DNA of 64,000 nucleotides from Squalus acanthias (Eukaryota). Positions 38,300 through 52,233 of the stretch are shown in pieces (position 1 is the first letter of the stretch; each line of letters starts with the position of its first letter). The position numbers were made by a program, and so were the translations under genes. The stretch covers positions 310,001 through 374,000 of the forward strand of contig JASTWF010000326.1 of NCBI GenBank assembly GCA_030390025.1, in the 5' to 3' direction. Under the pieces are notes generated by a model that made no database searches, was not told the DNA's origin, and saw only the letters and a program-made list of their open reading frames with translations.

Positions 38300-39650
38300 T
38301 AGTGACTTTAGGGTTAAAAGGAACATTCTGACAAATAGCATCAAGTCATTCCTCTAATCCCTCCCTGTTTTTATAAGGTTTCTCATTTCTGGAGTTTTCT
38401 AGCCCCTTCACCACAGATAATATTTCCACCCAAACATCTTCTCATTTAGTTTCAGATCAGTGAATTGCAGATCAATAGGATATCTTTGATACAGACAAAT
38501 GACAGCCTTAGTCTTTTTGATTCGCTGGTACAAACTTTGACAGAATGTATATAATTTGGTTGAAATGCACAGTCATGTTATCTGACTGAGGATGCATGAA
38601 GATTTTTCAATACTCTGCATCCTGTATATTTCCTTAAAGATAACTGTTTCAAAAGTCATTCCTTAGTCACAAAATAGTAGGGATGGCATTGGGACTCTAC
38701 ACTAGAACACAGAATTTGTCAGAATGTTCCTGTCCTGTTGAGATATGCTCAAGTTTATCAGATAAAAATAGTCTCTGACTCCTAAACATACTCTCATATC
38801 AGTTAACTGCAAGTTTTAAGACTCTACAGAGATTCCAGCATGGTAGGCTAACATGGATGGTTGCATCTTCTATGGTGCTTTTATTCTTAATTTATATTTA
38901 CCATAACCTTCACACCACTTTTCCACATCTTACCCATATCAGTCCATCAATGCTACGTACACAACTGACAAGATCTGTGAGATGGCTATTTTTGAGCAAA
39001 TTATGCAATTGAAGAATTATGCCTGCTCTCACATTTATGGGCACCACAAATATAAATTGCCAGATTACCCAGTTTCCAGCCCTTGGATCTCATGTACAAT
39101 TTTAATTAATTTCTTTGTTCTAGAGGTTTTCTAAATGCCTCTATCATTTTTGTTTTGGCTTTCTATAAGTTGGAAATTGGTCAAGTCTCCAATACCAAAA
39201 GTTTTTTTTTATCAGTTTCAAATTGTTGATGCTCAATGCACAGTTTTAAATTCCAGCTATCAATCTTATTATCCTGTCAGGATTCAAAGGGTCATGATCG
39301 TGTTCCTTCTCCTTAGTTCTTTGGCAGTGCTTGAAGTCTACACATGACCTTAGTGACAAGATATCAGCATTTTTATACTGATTTCTGCTGCAGTGCTGCG
39401 ATACCCAGCAACCGGTCTAATCAATCATTAACAACAGTTGCACTTTTTGGGTGACTAACTACAGTTCTATACAGTGACATTTTCAACATACAATGTTTCT
39501 TCCTTGCAATTTATAATCCTCCCATCTAGAGTAAGTTGTCACAGAGAGATATCAGGCTGGAAGAAATTCCACCCCATATATTCCAGAGAGCTTGATATAT
39601 AGTGCCCAACCTTACCATTCAGCCTTCAGTCTTTCTGCTTGAAGTTTATT
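38300..39650 (-). mobile_element. Possible highly decayed Ty3/Gypsy pol remnant
   Basis: Weak minus-strand motifs in protease-RT-RNase H order: LNG (~39620), CVDF (~39340), VVYV (~38960), LDAI (~38340). Many stops; weak call. Confidence 0.3.
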
Positions 39651-40749
39651 ATTTGGGTAGGTGATGAATATTGTTCTGTCACTGTAAGATGACCTTCATC
39701 TTTCCCAAATGAGTTTGTTTTATTGCTCCAGTGTGAATCAGAAATATGAATAAATTTTCAGAGTAACACTGCAACATGCAGTCCAACCTTGAGTGTCTTT
39801 ACCCCTCATTAACATAGGGGTAATTGCCTTTTTATTCTTACAGGACTTGACCAGCAAATTTGCAATTTGGAGCATTATCCTGCCATTCCTGATGTATCTG
39901 TTTAATTTTACTCACTAAGCTTACCTTTCAAAGTGCCTTTTTAGTAGGTGTAAAGACAACTTCAAGTCTTGTACAAGCCACATGTACTGCACAATGGCTC
40001 TGTCAATAAGCAATCGTGCTCAAAGTTCAATTGATGTTTTAGTTTCTATTTGAAGTCAATATCAAGTAAATGGTCTCTAAGAGGCGATGTCTTAAGAGCT
40101 CCAACTTTACTGTAGGATATGCCAAGTGCACCAGATGTGTGATGGAGTGAGTTTCCTGAGGAAATATCTATTCATGCGTTCTTACCCACTTCTTAGATTC
40201 TTCATGCACTGTTTTGCCTGGTTTTGGCATCCAAAGTGTCTTTCCAGCTACCTTGATTTTTGTTGTCTAATAGGATCCAAATCTCTAGGACAACTTAGGA
40301 AATAGCTTGCAGACTTTCTGGAGTGTAGATTGTCTTTATTCAGTTATCCATACCGCAAAGCACAATATCAAACTGTTTTTAAGCATCCTAAGGGGTTGAC
40401 TTATGACTTGTCTTATCTTTGCCTCTATTGACTGCTGTCTCACTCGTGTCTCTCCATTCCAACATTTCTAGTTCCTCCAAGCATTGTGTAGTGGTACTTA
40501 TGCATTTCAGCTAGCCTGTCATGTACCAAATCTTCCATTCACCTTCCTTGGGGTAGTTAATGGGGTGACATTTTAAAAGAGGGTCTTTCTGTCTTAAACT
40601 AAATGCATATTTTGTTTTCATCTGCATGTCACCAGTTTTGTCCTTAACTTAGTTAAAGACGATATATAAATGCAAGATGGGATTGTTGTTGGAATTGACG
40701 GTAGTCATTAAATACATCTTCCCATACATGGGTGGGTATATTCCAAGTA

Positions 40750-40976
40750 TGCAGAGGCCAGTGTTGGGAGCGGAGAGAGCAACAGCACAGTGAGTAGTTA
40801 AACTCACTTTTGCGGGCTATTTTGCAGAGGCCAGTGTCGGGAGAAGAGAGAGCAGCAGCACAGTGAGTATTTAAACTCACTTTCATGGGCTTTTTTGCAG
40901 AGGCCAGTGTCGGGAGTGGAGAGAGCAGCAGCACAGTGAGTAGTTTAACTCACTTTCGCGGGCTTTTTTTCAGAGG
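40750..40976 (+). repeat. 73-bp tandem repeat x3 at the CR1 5' end
   Basis: Units start at 40750, 40823 and 40896 (TGCAGAGGCCAGTGT.GGGAG..GAGAGAGCA.CAGCACAGTGAGTA.TT.AACTCACTTT); partial fourth unit at ~40970. Confidence 0.9.
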
Positions 40977-41281
40977 CTTACCAATCTCACAGACCGGCGG
41001 CGTTCCAGAGCCACGTCACAATTCAAAAAGTGACGCGGACAAGACGAAGCAGCTGATTGGGTGAGTACGGCCAGGTGAGTATTTATACTACTCTGTAGTT
41101 TGACAGTTAGGTTAATAGTTTATAAAGTTTAGTAGGTCCTAATTTTTGTGGTTATAGTTTCTAAGGTCTCTGTTGTGTAGCAGGGAGTGCTAGTATACAA
41201 GGGCCCTTGAGTATATCATTTAATTGTAGTGTCATTTGTGGTATTGATTTGAGTTAATTTAAATTAATTAAAGGATAAGTC

Positions 41282-42232
41282 ATGGCAGCACAGCTCAGCC
41301 CCGTGGCATGCTCCTCCTGCACTATGTGGGAAATCAGGGACACTTCCTGTGTCCCTGACGACCATGTGTGCGGGAAGTGTATCCAGCTGCAGCTACTGGC
41401 AGGCCGCATTGCGGCACTGGAGCTGCAAATGGATGCATACTGGAGCATTCGTGATGCTGAGGACATCGTGGATAGCACGTTTGGGGAGTTGGTCACACTG
41501 CAGGTAAAGGCTGCACAGGCAGGAAGGGAATGGGTGACCACCAGGCAGAGTAGTAGGCGCAGGCAGGTAGTGCAGGGGTCCCCTGTGGACATCCCCCACT
41601 CAAATAGATATACCACTTTGGATATTGTTGAGGGAGATGGCTTATCAGGGGAAGGCAGCAGCAAACAACTTCCTGGCACCATGGGTGGTTCTGCTGCACA
41701 GGAGGGGAGGAAAAAGAGCGGGAGAGCTATAGTGATAGGGGATTCTATTGTAAGGGGAATAGATAGGCGTTTCTGCGGCCGCAAACGAGACTCCAGAATG
41801 GTATGTTGCCTCCCTGGTGCAAGGGTCAAGGGTGTCTCAGAGCGGCTGCAGGGCATTCTGGAGGGGGAGGGTGAACAGCCAGTTGTCGTGGTGCATATAG
41901 GTACCAACGATATAGGTAAAAAACAGGATGAGGTCCTAAAAGCTGAATATAGGGAGTTAGGAGGTAAATTAAAAAATAGGACCTCAAAGGTAGTAATCTC
42001 AGGATTGCTGCCGGTGCCACGTGCTAGTCAGAGTAGAAATAGAAGGATATTTCAGATGAATACGTGGCTAGAGGAATGGTGCAAGGGGGAGGGATTCAAA
42101 TTCCTGAGACATTGGAATCAGTTCTGAGGGAGGTGGGACCAGTACAAACTGGATGGTTTGCACCTGGGCAGGACCGGAACCGATGTCCTAGGGGGAGTGT
42201 TTGCTAGTGCTGTTGGGGAGGGTTTAAACTAA
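41282..42232 (+). pseudogene. CR1 ORF1: zinc finger/leucine zipper plus SGNH esterase; one premature stop
   Basis: CSSC...CGKC, GDSIVR, CLPGA, HIGTND. TGA at 42125-42127 (probably from TGG) is followed in frame by GRWDQYKLDGLH...EGLN-stop. Confidence 0.9.
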
Positions 42233-42234
42233 AA

Positions 42235-45216
42235 TGGCAGGGGGTTGGGAAATAGTGCGGGGAAACAGAGGAAAGGGAAGCAAGGATAGAAGCAAAAGAC
42301 AGGAAAGAGAAAAGCAAGAGTGGAAGGCAGAGAAATCAAGGGTGTAAATCAAACAGGGCTACAGTAAATAATAATTCTAAAAGGACTAAGAGTGTTAAAA
42401 AAAACAAGCCTGAAGGCTTTGTATCTTAATGTGAGGAGCATTCGTAATAAGGTGATGAATTACCTGCACAAATAGATGTAAACGGATATGATATAATTGG
42501 GATTACGGAGACATGGCTCCAGGGTGACCAAGGCTGGGAATTCAACATCCAGGGGTATTCAATATTCAGGAAGGACAGACAAAAAGGAAAAGGAGGTGGG
42601 GTAGCATTGCTGGTTAAAGAGGAGATTAACACAATAGTAAGGAAGGATATTAGCTCTGATGATGTGGAATCTGTATGGGTAGAGCTGAGAAATACCAAAG
42701 GGCAGAAAACATTAGTGGGAGTTGTATACAGACCCCCAAACAGTAATGCTGAGGTTGGGGATGGCATTAAACGGGAAATTAGAGACGCGTGCAATAAGGA
42801 CACAGCAGTTATCATGGGTGACTTTAATCTACATATAGATTGGGCTAACCAAATTAGTAACAATACTATGGAGGAGGAATTCCTAGAGTGTATACGGGAT
42901 GGTTTCCTGGACCAATATGTCGAGGAACCAACTAGAGATCAGGCCATCTTAGACTGGGTATTATGTAATGAGAAAGGATTAATTAGCAATTTGTTGTGCA
43001 AGGCCCCTTGGGGAGGAGCGATCATAATATGATAGAATTCTTCATTAAGATGGAGAGTGAAGTAGTTGACTCAGAGACTAGGGTCCTGAATTTAAATAAA
43101 GGAAACTACGATGGTATGAGGTGCGAGTTGGCTAGGGTGGATTTGGAAGCGTTACTTAAAGGGTTGACGGTGGAAAGGCAATGGCAAACATTTAAAGATC
43201 GCATGGATGAACTACAGAATTTGTTCATCCCTGTTTGGCATAAAAATCAAACAAAAAAGGTGACTCAACCGTGGCTAACAAGGGAAATTAGGGATAGCAT
43301 AAGATCCAAGGAGAGGACATATAAATTGGCCAGAAAAAGCAGCAAACCTGAGGATTGGGAGCAGTTTAGGATTCAGCAAAGGAGGACAAAGGAATTAATT
43401 AAGAGGGGGAAAATATGATATGAGAGTAAGCTTGCTGGAACATAAAAACTGACTGTAAAAGCTTCTATAGATATGTGAAGAGAAAAAGATTGGTGAAGTC
43501 AAGCGTAGGTCCCTTGCAGTCAGAATCAGGGGAATTTATAATGGGGAACAAAGAAACGGCTGATGAATTAAATACATACTTTGGTTCTGTTTTCACAAAG
43601 GAGGACAAAAATAAACTCCCAGAGATGTCGGGGAACATAGGGTCTAATGAGAGGGAGGAATTGAATGAAATCACTATTTGTAGGGAAATGGTGTTAGGGA
43701 AATTGACGGGATTGAAGGCCGATAAATCCCCAGGGTCTGATAATCTACATCCTAGGGTACTTAAGGAAGTGGCCCTAGAAATAGTAGATGCATTGCTGGT
43801 CATCTTTCAAAATTCTATAGACTCTAGAACAGTTCCCATGGATTGGAGGGTAGCTAATGTAACCCCACTATTTAAAAAAGGTGGTAGAGAAAAAACGGGG
43901 AATTATAGACCGGGGTAAGCCTGACATCGGTAGTGGGGAAAATGCTAGAGTCCATTATAAAAGATGTAATAGCAGAGCACTTGGAAAACAGTGACAGGAT
44001 CGGACAAAGTCAACATGGATTTACAAAAGGGAAATCATGCCTGACTAATCGACTGGAATTTTTTGAGGATGTAACTGGTAGAATAGATAAGGGAGAAACA
44101 GTGGATGTGGTGTATTTGGACTTTCAGAAGGCTTTCGATAAGGTCTCGCATAAGAGATTAGCGTGCAAAGTTAAAGCACATGGGATTGGGGGTGAGATAC
44201 TGATTTGGATAGAGAACTGGTTGGCAGACAGGAAGCAAAGAGTTGGAATAAACGGGTCTTTTTCCGAGTGGCAGGCAGTGACTAGTGGGGTACCACAGAG
44301 ATCGGTGCTAGGACCCCAGCTATTCACGATATATATTAATGATCTAGACGAGGGAACTAGATGTAATATCTCTAAGTTTGCAGATGACACAAAGCTGGGT
44401 GGGCGTGTGTGCTGTGAGGAGGATGCAGAGAAACTCCAGTATGATTTGGACAGGTTGGGTGATTGGGCAGATGCATGGCAGATGCAGTATAATGTGGATA
44501 AATGCGAGGTTATCCACTTTGGTGGCAAAAACAGGAAGACAGATTATTATCTGAACGGCAATAGATTGGGAAAAGGGGAAGTGCAATGAGATCTGGGAGT
44601 CCTTGTGCACCAGTCGCTGAAGGTAAGCATGTAGGTGCAGCAGGCGGTTAAGAAGGCAAATGGTATGTTGGCCTTCATAGCAAGAGGATTCGAGTACAGG
44701 AGCAAGGATGTCTTGCTGCAGTTGTACAAGGCCTTGGTGAGACCAGACCTTGAGTATTGTGTGCAGTTTTGGTCGCCTTATCTGAGGAAGGATGTTCTTG
44801 CCATGGAGGGAGTGCAGCGAAGATTTACCAGACTGATACCTGTGATGTCAGGAATGACGTATGAAGAGAGATTGGGTCGATTAGGCTTATATTCGCTAGA
44901 GTTTCGAAGAATGAGAGGGGATTTCATTGAAACTTATAAAATTCTAACAGGACTAGACAGACTAGATGCAGGAAGGATGTTCCCGATGGCGGGTGTGTCC
45001 AGAACCAGAGGTCACAGTCTAAGGATAAGGGGTAAGCCATTTAGGACTGAGATGAGGAGGAATTTCTTCACCCAGAGAGTGGTGAACCTGTGGAATTCTC
45101 TACCACAGAAGGCAGTTGAGGCCAATTCATTATATATATTGAAGAAGAAGATATATATATTTCTTAAGGCTAAAGGGATCAAGGGATATGGGGAGAAAGC
45201 AGGGACAGGGTACTGA
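42235..45216 (+). pseudogene. CR1 ORF2: APE endonuclease plus reverse transcriptase, several stops and frameshifts
   Basis: Track fragments 42607-45216: [58 protein letters not shown]. Confidence 0.95.
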
Positions 45217-45549
45217 ATTTGGATGATCAGCCATGATCTCATTAAATGGCGTAGCAGGCTCGAGGGGCCGAATGGCCTACTCCTGCTCCTATCTTCTATG
45301 TTTCTATGCTATGATAGGATGATGTCATGCAATGTATTTCCCATCATTACCGCCATAGCAATGTTGGATGCAAGGGATCCCAGTATATTAGTGTCGTCTA
45401 GTGCTGCTATGGTGAGTGAGAGAGGATTTAAAATTTAACCTCTACCCTCACAAGGGAGTGTAATAGGTTGTGCTGGAGACAGTCAGCTGCAGGTGCCCAA
45501 GAGCTGCAGCAGTAATTTTCCTCTCTCCCCTGCGGTGGGATAAGGGTTT

Positions 45550-46020
45550 GGGTCCGTCTCAGCCCCTGCCTCAGCTCATCTACTGCTGAAACCCTCATCA
45601 ATTCCTTTGTTCCCTCTAGACTTGACTATTCAAATACTCTCTGGGCCAGCCTCCAATGTTCTTTAATTTTTTTTTGGGCTGTTTGGCCTCTTTAAGGGGC
45701 TGCGCGGCTCATTCATAATACCACACTTGCGTGGTTTTTAATATTTAAAAGCTGGTGAGCCAGTTGCCTGGGAGCTACAGAGTGCTGCACGGAAGTGAAC
45801 ACTGCCGGCCTTCCACCTTGCACCCTCCATAAACTTGAGCTCATTCAAAACTCCACTGCCCATATCCTAACTCGCACCAAGTCCAATTCACCCATCACCC
45901 CTGTGCTCGCTGACCTACATTGGCTCCCGGTCTGGCAACGCCTCGATTTAAAAATTCTCATCCTTGTTTTCAAATCCCTCCTTGGTTTCGCCCCTCCCTA
46001 TCTCTTTAACTTCCTTGAAT
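45550..46020 (+). mobile_element. L2 LINE fragments
   Basis: SRLDYSN remnant (~45615) and ORF 45795-46025 (LIQNSTAHILT, ITPVLADLHWLPV). Confidence 0.75.
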
Positions 46021-47249
46021 CTTAATTAGGCGTCCACCTGCCTTTTGCAGGAACCTCGTCGATGGCCTGATTTATCTTTGTAAAAATTTAAATAGGCGGG
46101 AATGGGGTCGGGTTGGGGTTGGGTTGCTCGATCCTGATATTTAAACTCACCCCCACCCCGCCGACCCTCTCCCACCTATTTTTCAAGTTTTGTCCTTCGT
46201 TTCTGTAGCGTGTGAGATTGGGTTCAGATATGGTAATGTTTGTGAGGTCCTCACAGCCTTAGCATTTAGTTTTGATGGATGGCCCTTTCTTCTCATCATC
46301 AATGACAGCAGGCTGCTCATGTTCACTTTGTTCCACGGTGTAAAATGCAGAAACCAAAAAAAGTAGGAGAGAACACATCTAAAAAGAGAGTGCTTTACCC
46401 TTAAAAAGAAAAGATGACTGTATCACACAATAATTTCCAGTAAACATTTGAATTGATTTCAGCCTCAAGACTTCCTACCAACTCTTCTGCTTTTTGTCTA
46501 ATATGCACATAACTCCTGGGCTAAATACACAATTGTTTATTTTGTCTTGAATAAGGGCTTTCCAGTAATCAGCCACAAATCAAAACATAAATGCCACATG
46601 AAAGACTATATAAAAGTCCTCATTTAGTGATTCTCTGTAGCAAACAATTGTATTTTGGGATGTATTCGTTAAACCTTCAATTGCTTATGTGGAATCCAGG
46701 GAGCATAATTAATTAATGATGAAACTGAAGAACGGAAATTGCTGCTATTGTTAAATCAGTATTAATATATTGCAATAAAGAGCTAGAAGTAATATAAAAA
46801 CAAAACATAACAACACAATGCTGGAAAAATAAAACATCACATTCAATCTCAGATCAAATTGCATTTTAGAGAACACAGAAGATGAATTCTCACAGATGAT
46901 ACAGAATAAATACAACACATTGAAAATGACCATATCAGACATGAACAAGAAGTAGAATAACAACGGAAGAAAACACAGTAAAAATATAGCTACCTACTGG
47001 TGAGTGATGACACTATGGAACACATGCATCAACAAACAGAAATGACAGAAACTGAAAGCTCTGGCCAAGAAAACACAGAAGAGACACCAGAAATAGAACT
47101 AACAACAGACAAACATATTGGAAAAAACTGAATAATACACAACTGTAAGGGTTCAAATCTCTGCAAAACATCAAACCCCATTTTCGATACAAAAGTAAAA
47201 TGACTAAAAATACAATAATAAGAGTGCATAGAGTAAAGAAAGAAAGATT

Positions 47250-47600
47250 ACATTTACATAACACCTTATCACATTTCAAAGCACTGCACATAGAATTAAT
47301 TACTGTGCCATTTTGAACACAGCAAGATCTTATAAAAATCGATCAGAGAAAGAATGACTAGTTAATCTATTTTTGGTGATGCTGGTTGAGAGAGAAATGT
47401 TGGACAGGATTCCCTGCTTTCCATCAAGTGGGCGCCATGGGATCTTTAACAGCCAACTGTACAGGGCCTCAGTTTATCATCTCATTCAAAGGATGACAGT
47501 GCAGCACACCCTCAGTACTGCACTCAAGTGTCAACCTAGATTTTGTGCTCAAGTCCTGGAGTGAAGCTTGAACAACATTGATCAACAACATTCTGACTCA
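47250..47600 (-). mobile_element. Decayed DeuSINE
   Basis: GTGCAGCACACCCTCAGTACTGCACTCAAGTGTCAACCTAGATTTTGTGCTCAAGTC; homologous to 48-290. Confidence 0.65.
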
Positions 47601-50600
47601 GAGATAAGTATGACAGCCATGTTTAGGATTGAATTCAGGACATAATTATTCAGAGATGTTCTCATATAGTTTCAAGTCTAAATACATAATTTATTGATGG
47701 GGATGATGTTAGGTAGTCACTGAAGCTAGGTGGTCCTTTTTATGAGTGTTCTTTAAATCAAGTTTTGTTGTATAACTATGTGTATATACAGAATAACCTG
47801 AATCATTAGAAATACCAAAACTGTCAACTCAAAAAAGATTAAATTTAATCGTAAATTAAGACAAATGGACATTTAGTAAAAACATAAAAAATGAGATCAT
47901 GTAAACAAAAAATTCCACCATTTTTAATTAATTTTTTGTGTAATATAAATATGTAATATCAAACTGATAAAATTCTACAAGATGCCTTGGACTAAAATGT
48001 CAGTGCTAGTGATTGGGTTATTCTCTTTCAATTTCAAGCACGCAGTGAAAACATCAAATATACCCAGGTCTGTTTTAGCTCAAGCTTGATGCATTCTTTA
48101 CTCATCCCAATAACATGCCTTTATCTCACTCCAGAACAATATCTCTGCTGTACCATTGTGAATGTTTCCATTTCCTAACCAGTAATCTTGTAGCTTCTAT
48201 GAGGTTTAATGTCCTCAGTATGATAGAGCTACTGCAGGCCTTAACTGTGTGTTCAGGAATAGTAATTTTGTGATTTGACATTAATTAAGCTGGTGTTAAC
48301 CTTTGCTCACAATCTTAAACTTATACTTTGCCAGAAAAATACATTAAAAGAAACAGATAATATACAGCAGGTCTCAGAAAGGATTTTTAAAAAAATGTTC
48401 AAAAAATTGCAATTAAAAGAACAGAAAAATTATTTTGATAGCGATAGCATTTTGTTTCCCGCTGTGCCTAGAAATCTGGACGCAATGTTGAGAGACCTCC
48501 CTGACCAGACACAATTGGAGGATACTCGTATTTGAGAGTTGGGAGCTTGGCCAATTTTGCGGGTGGAGATTCGCTTGGACAGAGGGTATGGTGGACTGAC
48601 GTAAAAGATCGAGGAGACTTGGGCGTATTGTAGTTATGCTCGTAACTGACTTACACCCAAAATTCAGGAAACTCCAGGCCAGTAAAATAAAATGTCTGCA
48701 AAGATAATTTCAGCATCTATAACACAGGAGCCAATTTTGCCTTATGTTTATGCTTCAGATTGGCTTGAGAAGAATTTTAGAAAAATAAGTGATCTGGAGT
48801 CATCAGATAGAGTGGTCAGTTCAAGTATACAATTCTGTGCAGGATTTAGTTCCAAATTTCAGCTTCTCAGCAATAGAAACTCTTCCTTTGGGGTGGGAGA
48901 AGGCGTCAGTTGATTCTTATGAATCGTGTACTTCCTCAGGTTGATGGATCAAGAATGGCACTGGTACATATTACCCAAATGAGCTTTAGATCTAGGAATA
49001 TTGCAAGGCACAGGGTACCTAAAAAAAGGGAGAAAATGAAGGGGGTTGGGAAAGGCATAGATCCAAAAATGTTTAATATTTAATAACAATTTAATATACA
49101 AATTGCATAAATAACAGAAATAAACAAAAGTTGTAATCAGAACCCTGTACAAGTGAAAACAAATAATGCGGTGCCATAACTGCTTAGAAATTATTCAAAG
49201 AAAAGGCCAAACAAGACAGGAGACAACAAACCATTTTCTTATCAGTAAAAACCAATGCATCAGAACAAGAGAAACAATGGTATGAAGCTCAACCAGCAAT
49301 AGGTCTGAATATAACAGCAACAATACTTGAAACGGCCCTGACAAACACCAGCAGAGCATGACAAATGATTCACAAACAAAAATCAACCACAGAACTGGAG
49401 CAGTAACATTGTACCGAATTATACAGACATTTAGGTCAGCAGCCAAGAACACGAAAGCCATCTGTACCTGCAGAGGACTGAGTGAACAGCAGCAAAAGCA
49501 AAACCGACAAAATATTTTTCACACAATCCAAAATAATCAAAACAATTTAAAATATGACACCAGACAACAATTTCTGCCAAGCATACAAACACAGGGGGCA
49601 GAGTTTATACTGATATTTGCCACTCATCATGTGTCCATTAAAATATAATCTTAGCTAACACAAACTGGACCTAAATAAGTGGAATAAACCCCTTCAAACA
49701 GTGTATTTATGCTCAATTGTTGTCCATTGCCTTCATAAAAAATAGTTCAGTTCACTCCAATAAAAGGTATTTAGAAAGACAATAGTCTTGATTTTACCAG
49801 GGTGCACACCATGCAAAGAGTAGTCGCCATCAGACAAAAATGAATTTCATTTGGCACAAGTGAAAAAAAGTCTGTGGCTATTTTTCAATATCTATTTGTC
49901 CTCAGCCATTGGGTGTCATAGCAAGTCAATGTTTTGTGTGACCTTTTACTGGTGGAGTAAACAACAGTTGGGATAAGAGAGGGGAGATATTGTTTTCTGA
50001 AAAACAAAAAGGCTAAACTTTCTATACTAGCATTTATATACAACAATGGCAGGTCACTTTGTGACATATACCATTGTGTGCATCTGTGGAAGGTACAAAG
50101 GTATGGGGACCTGTTTCTTTCATTCTGCTGTCCTTGGGTAGGTTGATCACCTAGACTGTTATAATTTGAACTTGAATCTTCCTTTTACTCCCTGATAATG
50201 AGGCATCTCTTGCTGCATTTGTTTTATGGGAATATCTTTTACCTTTATAAATCCTGTGTAGGAAACACCTGATGGAATAAAAGACTCATTTCATTTATCA
50301 CCTTGCCTGTTGATGCCCCTGTGATGCACTGATTCAAGCTCTTCTGGACATCCAATCCAGTATACTCCGACTAAAGTTGAGTATCTTGACTCACCTTGTA
50401 TGGCTATAAATTGGCTGGCTCTTCACTTAGCATATGCCCTATAACAAAGAATATCTTGCTAATTATTGTAATTCCATATGTATTTATTATACATGCCTTT
50501 ATTTTGCCATGCTTCATTATGTCTGAATTAAAAAAAACATACTTTTAAAGACATGGGTTAAAAGAGAACAGCATATAGACTCATGTACATGACTAACTAG

Positions 50601-52233
50601 GAGTCCCTTTCAATACTTTTTGAAATAAACCTGAAATATAAGCAAATCTAAATACCACTGGGTTTGCCGTGTAGCCCTCAGCTTCTACAGGCCAAAATTA
50701 CACATATATAAGTAAACGCCACCACAACATTTCAATGTTAGATAGTGTGGGCATTGAAACGTAGCCTTGGAGCAGAAGTTGCACCACTCTTTGCCACAAA
50801 ACTAGCGCCCATGGCCGAGTGGAAAATTGGGTCCATTCAATTTTGTTCACTGTTCTTGATCCACTCCAAAGAAAAACAATAATTTATACGGCAAATTGTA
50901 TTTTCATACTTTAATTTGTTTTATTTCCATCCTTCTTCATTTTAAAAGTTATTTACTGGCTGCTTTTAGGCTTCCTGTATCACAAATAATTTCCTATCAG
51001 AAATGTAAAAGATAGGCAAACTAGCCCGATAGCTCTGTTTATGGTATGCTGTAAGCAATGAGGGGAAAAGGGTGAATTATCCTTCCTCTTAGTACCTTCC
51101 TCTGAAGGCAAAGCTAAAAGCAAGAACTTGCTTGTGCAGAGAGGCAGATAGCAAATCCTACCACTCTATATGTAAAGTGTTGGAACACCACATGTTGAAG
51201 CAGCTATACCACATCTCAGTGGTGTAACATTATGTATATAGTAGATGATTAAAAGCATCACCAAAACTGCTTGGTGTGAAAGTTTGATCAATATTATATA
51301 TTTTGATTATATAATTATACACTTGACCAAGAAGTATTTGAAAAGTGTTGTTAAAAGTTTAATTTAAATGCTAAATGGCAAGGTCTGAGAGTTCCCATGG
51401 GGATGGGGCAAATTCTGATTGAAAGTGTATGCTCCAGCCAATGCTTAGTCCATTGAACATCAGCAATTTGAAGCAGTACGTCTGATGATTTATAACATCC
51501 CAGAAAACTGCATTGTACAAGACAAGTCTATCACCAATGTATTCTCTTGCCCTTTAAAAAATTATGCTCAATCATTATTAAGGTACTGTATTTCTCAATT
51601 TCAAAAGTACTGCAATGTCAATATTAAACACTTCCAATTTGCTTGTGTGCACATCAAGGTGTGCGAATGGATCTGAAAAATGGATCACTTTTCAACTTCA
51701 GACACCTCACTATCAAACATTTTATTTTCAGTACAGAACAATCAGCTGTAGAATAAAGCTCCCTCTTCTCTGCCTCATCAATGTGCCTCAGCCACAACCT
51801 CAGAAAATCCCTTTGTGCTGAGCGAGTGCAATATTTTCCACTTCCCACAGCAGCTATCCTGTGAGCTTTCTGAGCGAGATTGCCAATTTTGTGCCTGATT
51901 AGGGGCAGTTCAGTGCTGTGGCCCACACCAACAAGGAACAGGATTTAGACTCCTCAGATTCATTTTGCAAAGGGCCACCTTAGCAATCAGAGAGAAGACT
52001 TTCAACTCATTTGCAGGGCAATTTAAGCAAAGGTCCCACAGGTACAAAGTCAGTGTACTAATGTTACTGTGTGACCCAGTCCTCCTGCACTCGATCCTTC
52101 CCACCAGCATCATAAACAAACAATGCTGATAACAGCTGTGACCTCAGGAAAAGACACCAGTACACAGATCAATCTTTCAATAGAAATAATTATGCCACCT
52201 TTAATACAGTAAAAATTACCATTTTTAATTTAT

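Larger units (their letters stand above)
40750..45307 (+). mobile_element. Full-length CR1 LINE (inactivated)
   Basis: Tandem-repeat 5' end, ORF1, ORF2 (APE plus RT) and TTCTATGT tandem tail. Confidence 0.95.

Noticed and set aside
40750..40976. CRISPR-like array
   Set aside because: Units are whole tandem copies without unique spacers, in a vertebrate LINE 5' end.
46751..49650. Hydrophobic minus-strand ORFs resembling membrane proteins
   Set aside because: Produced by A-rich/T-rich strand-biased low-complexity sequence; no splice or homology support.
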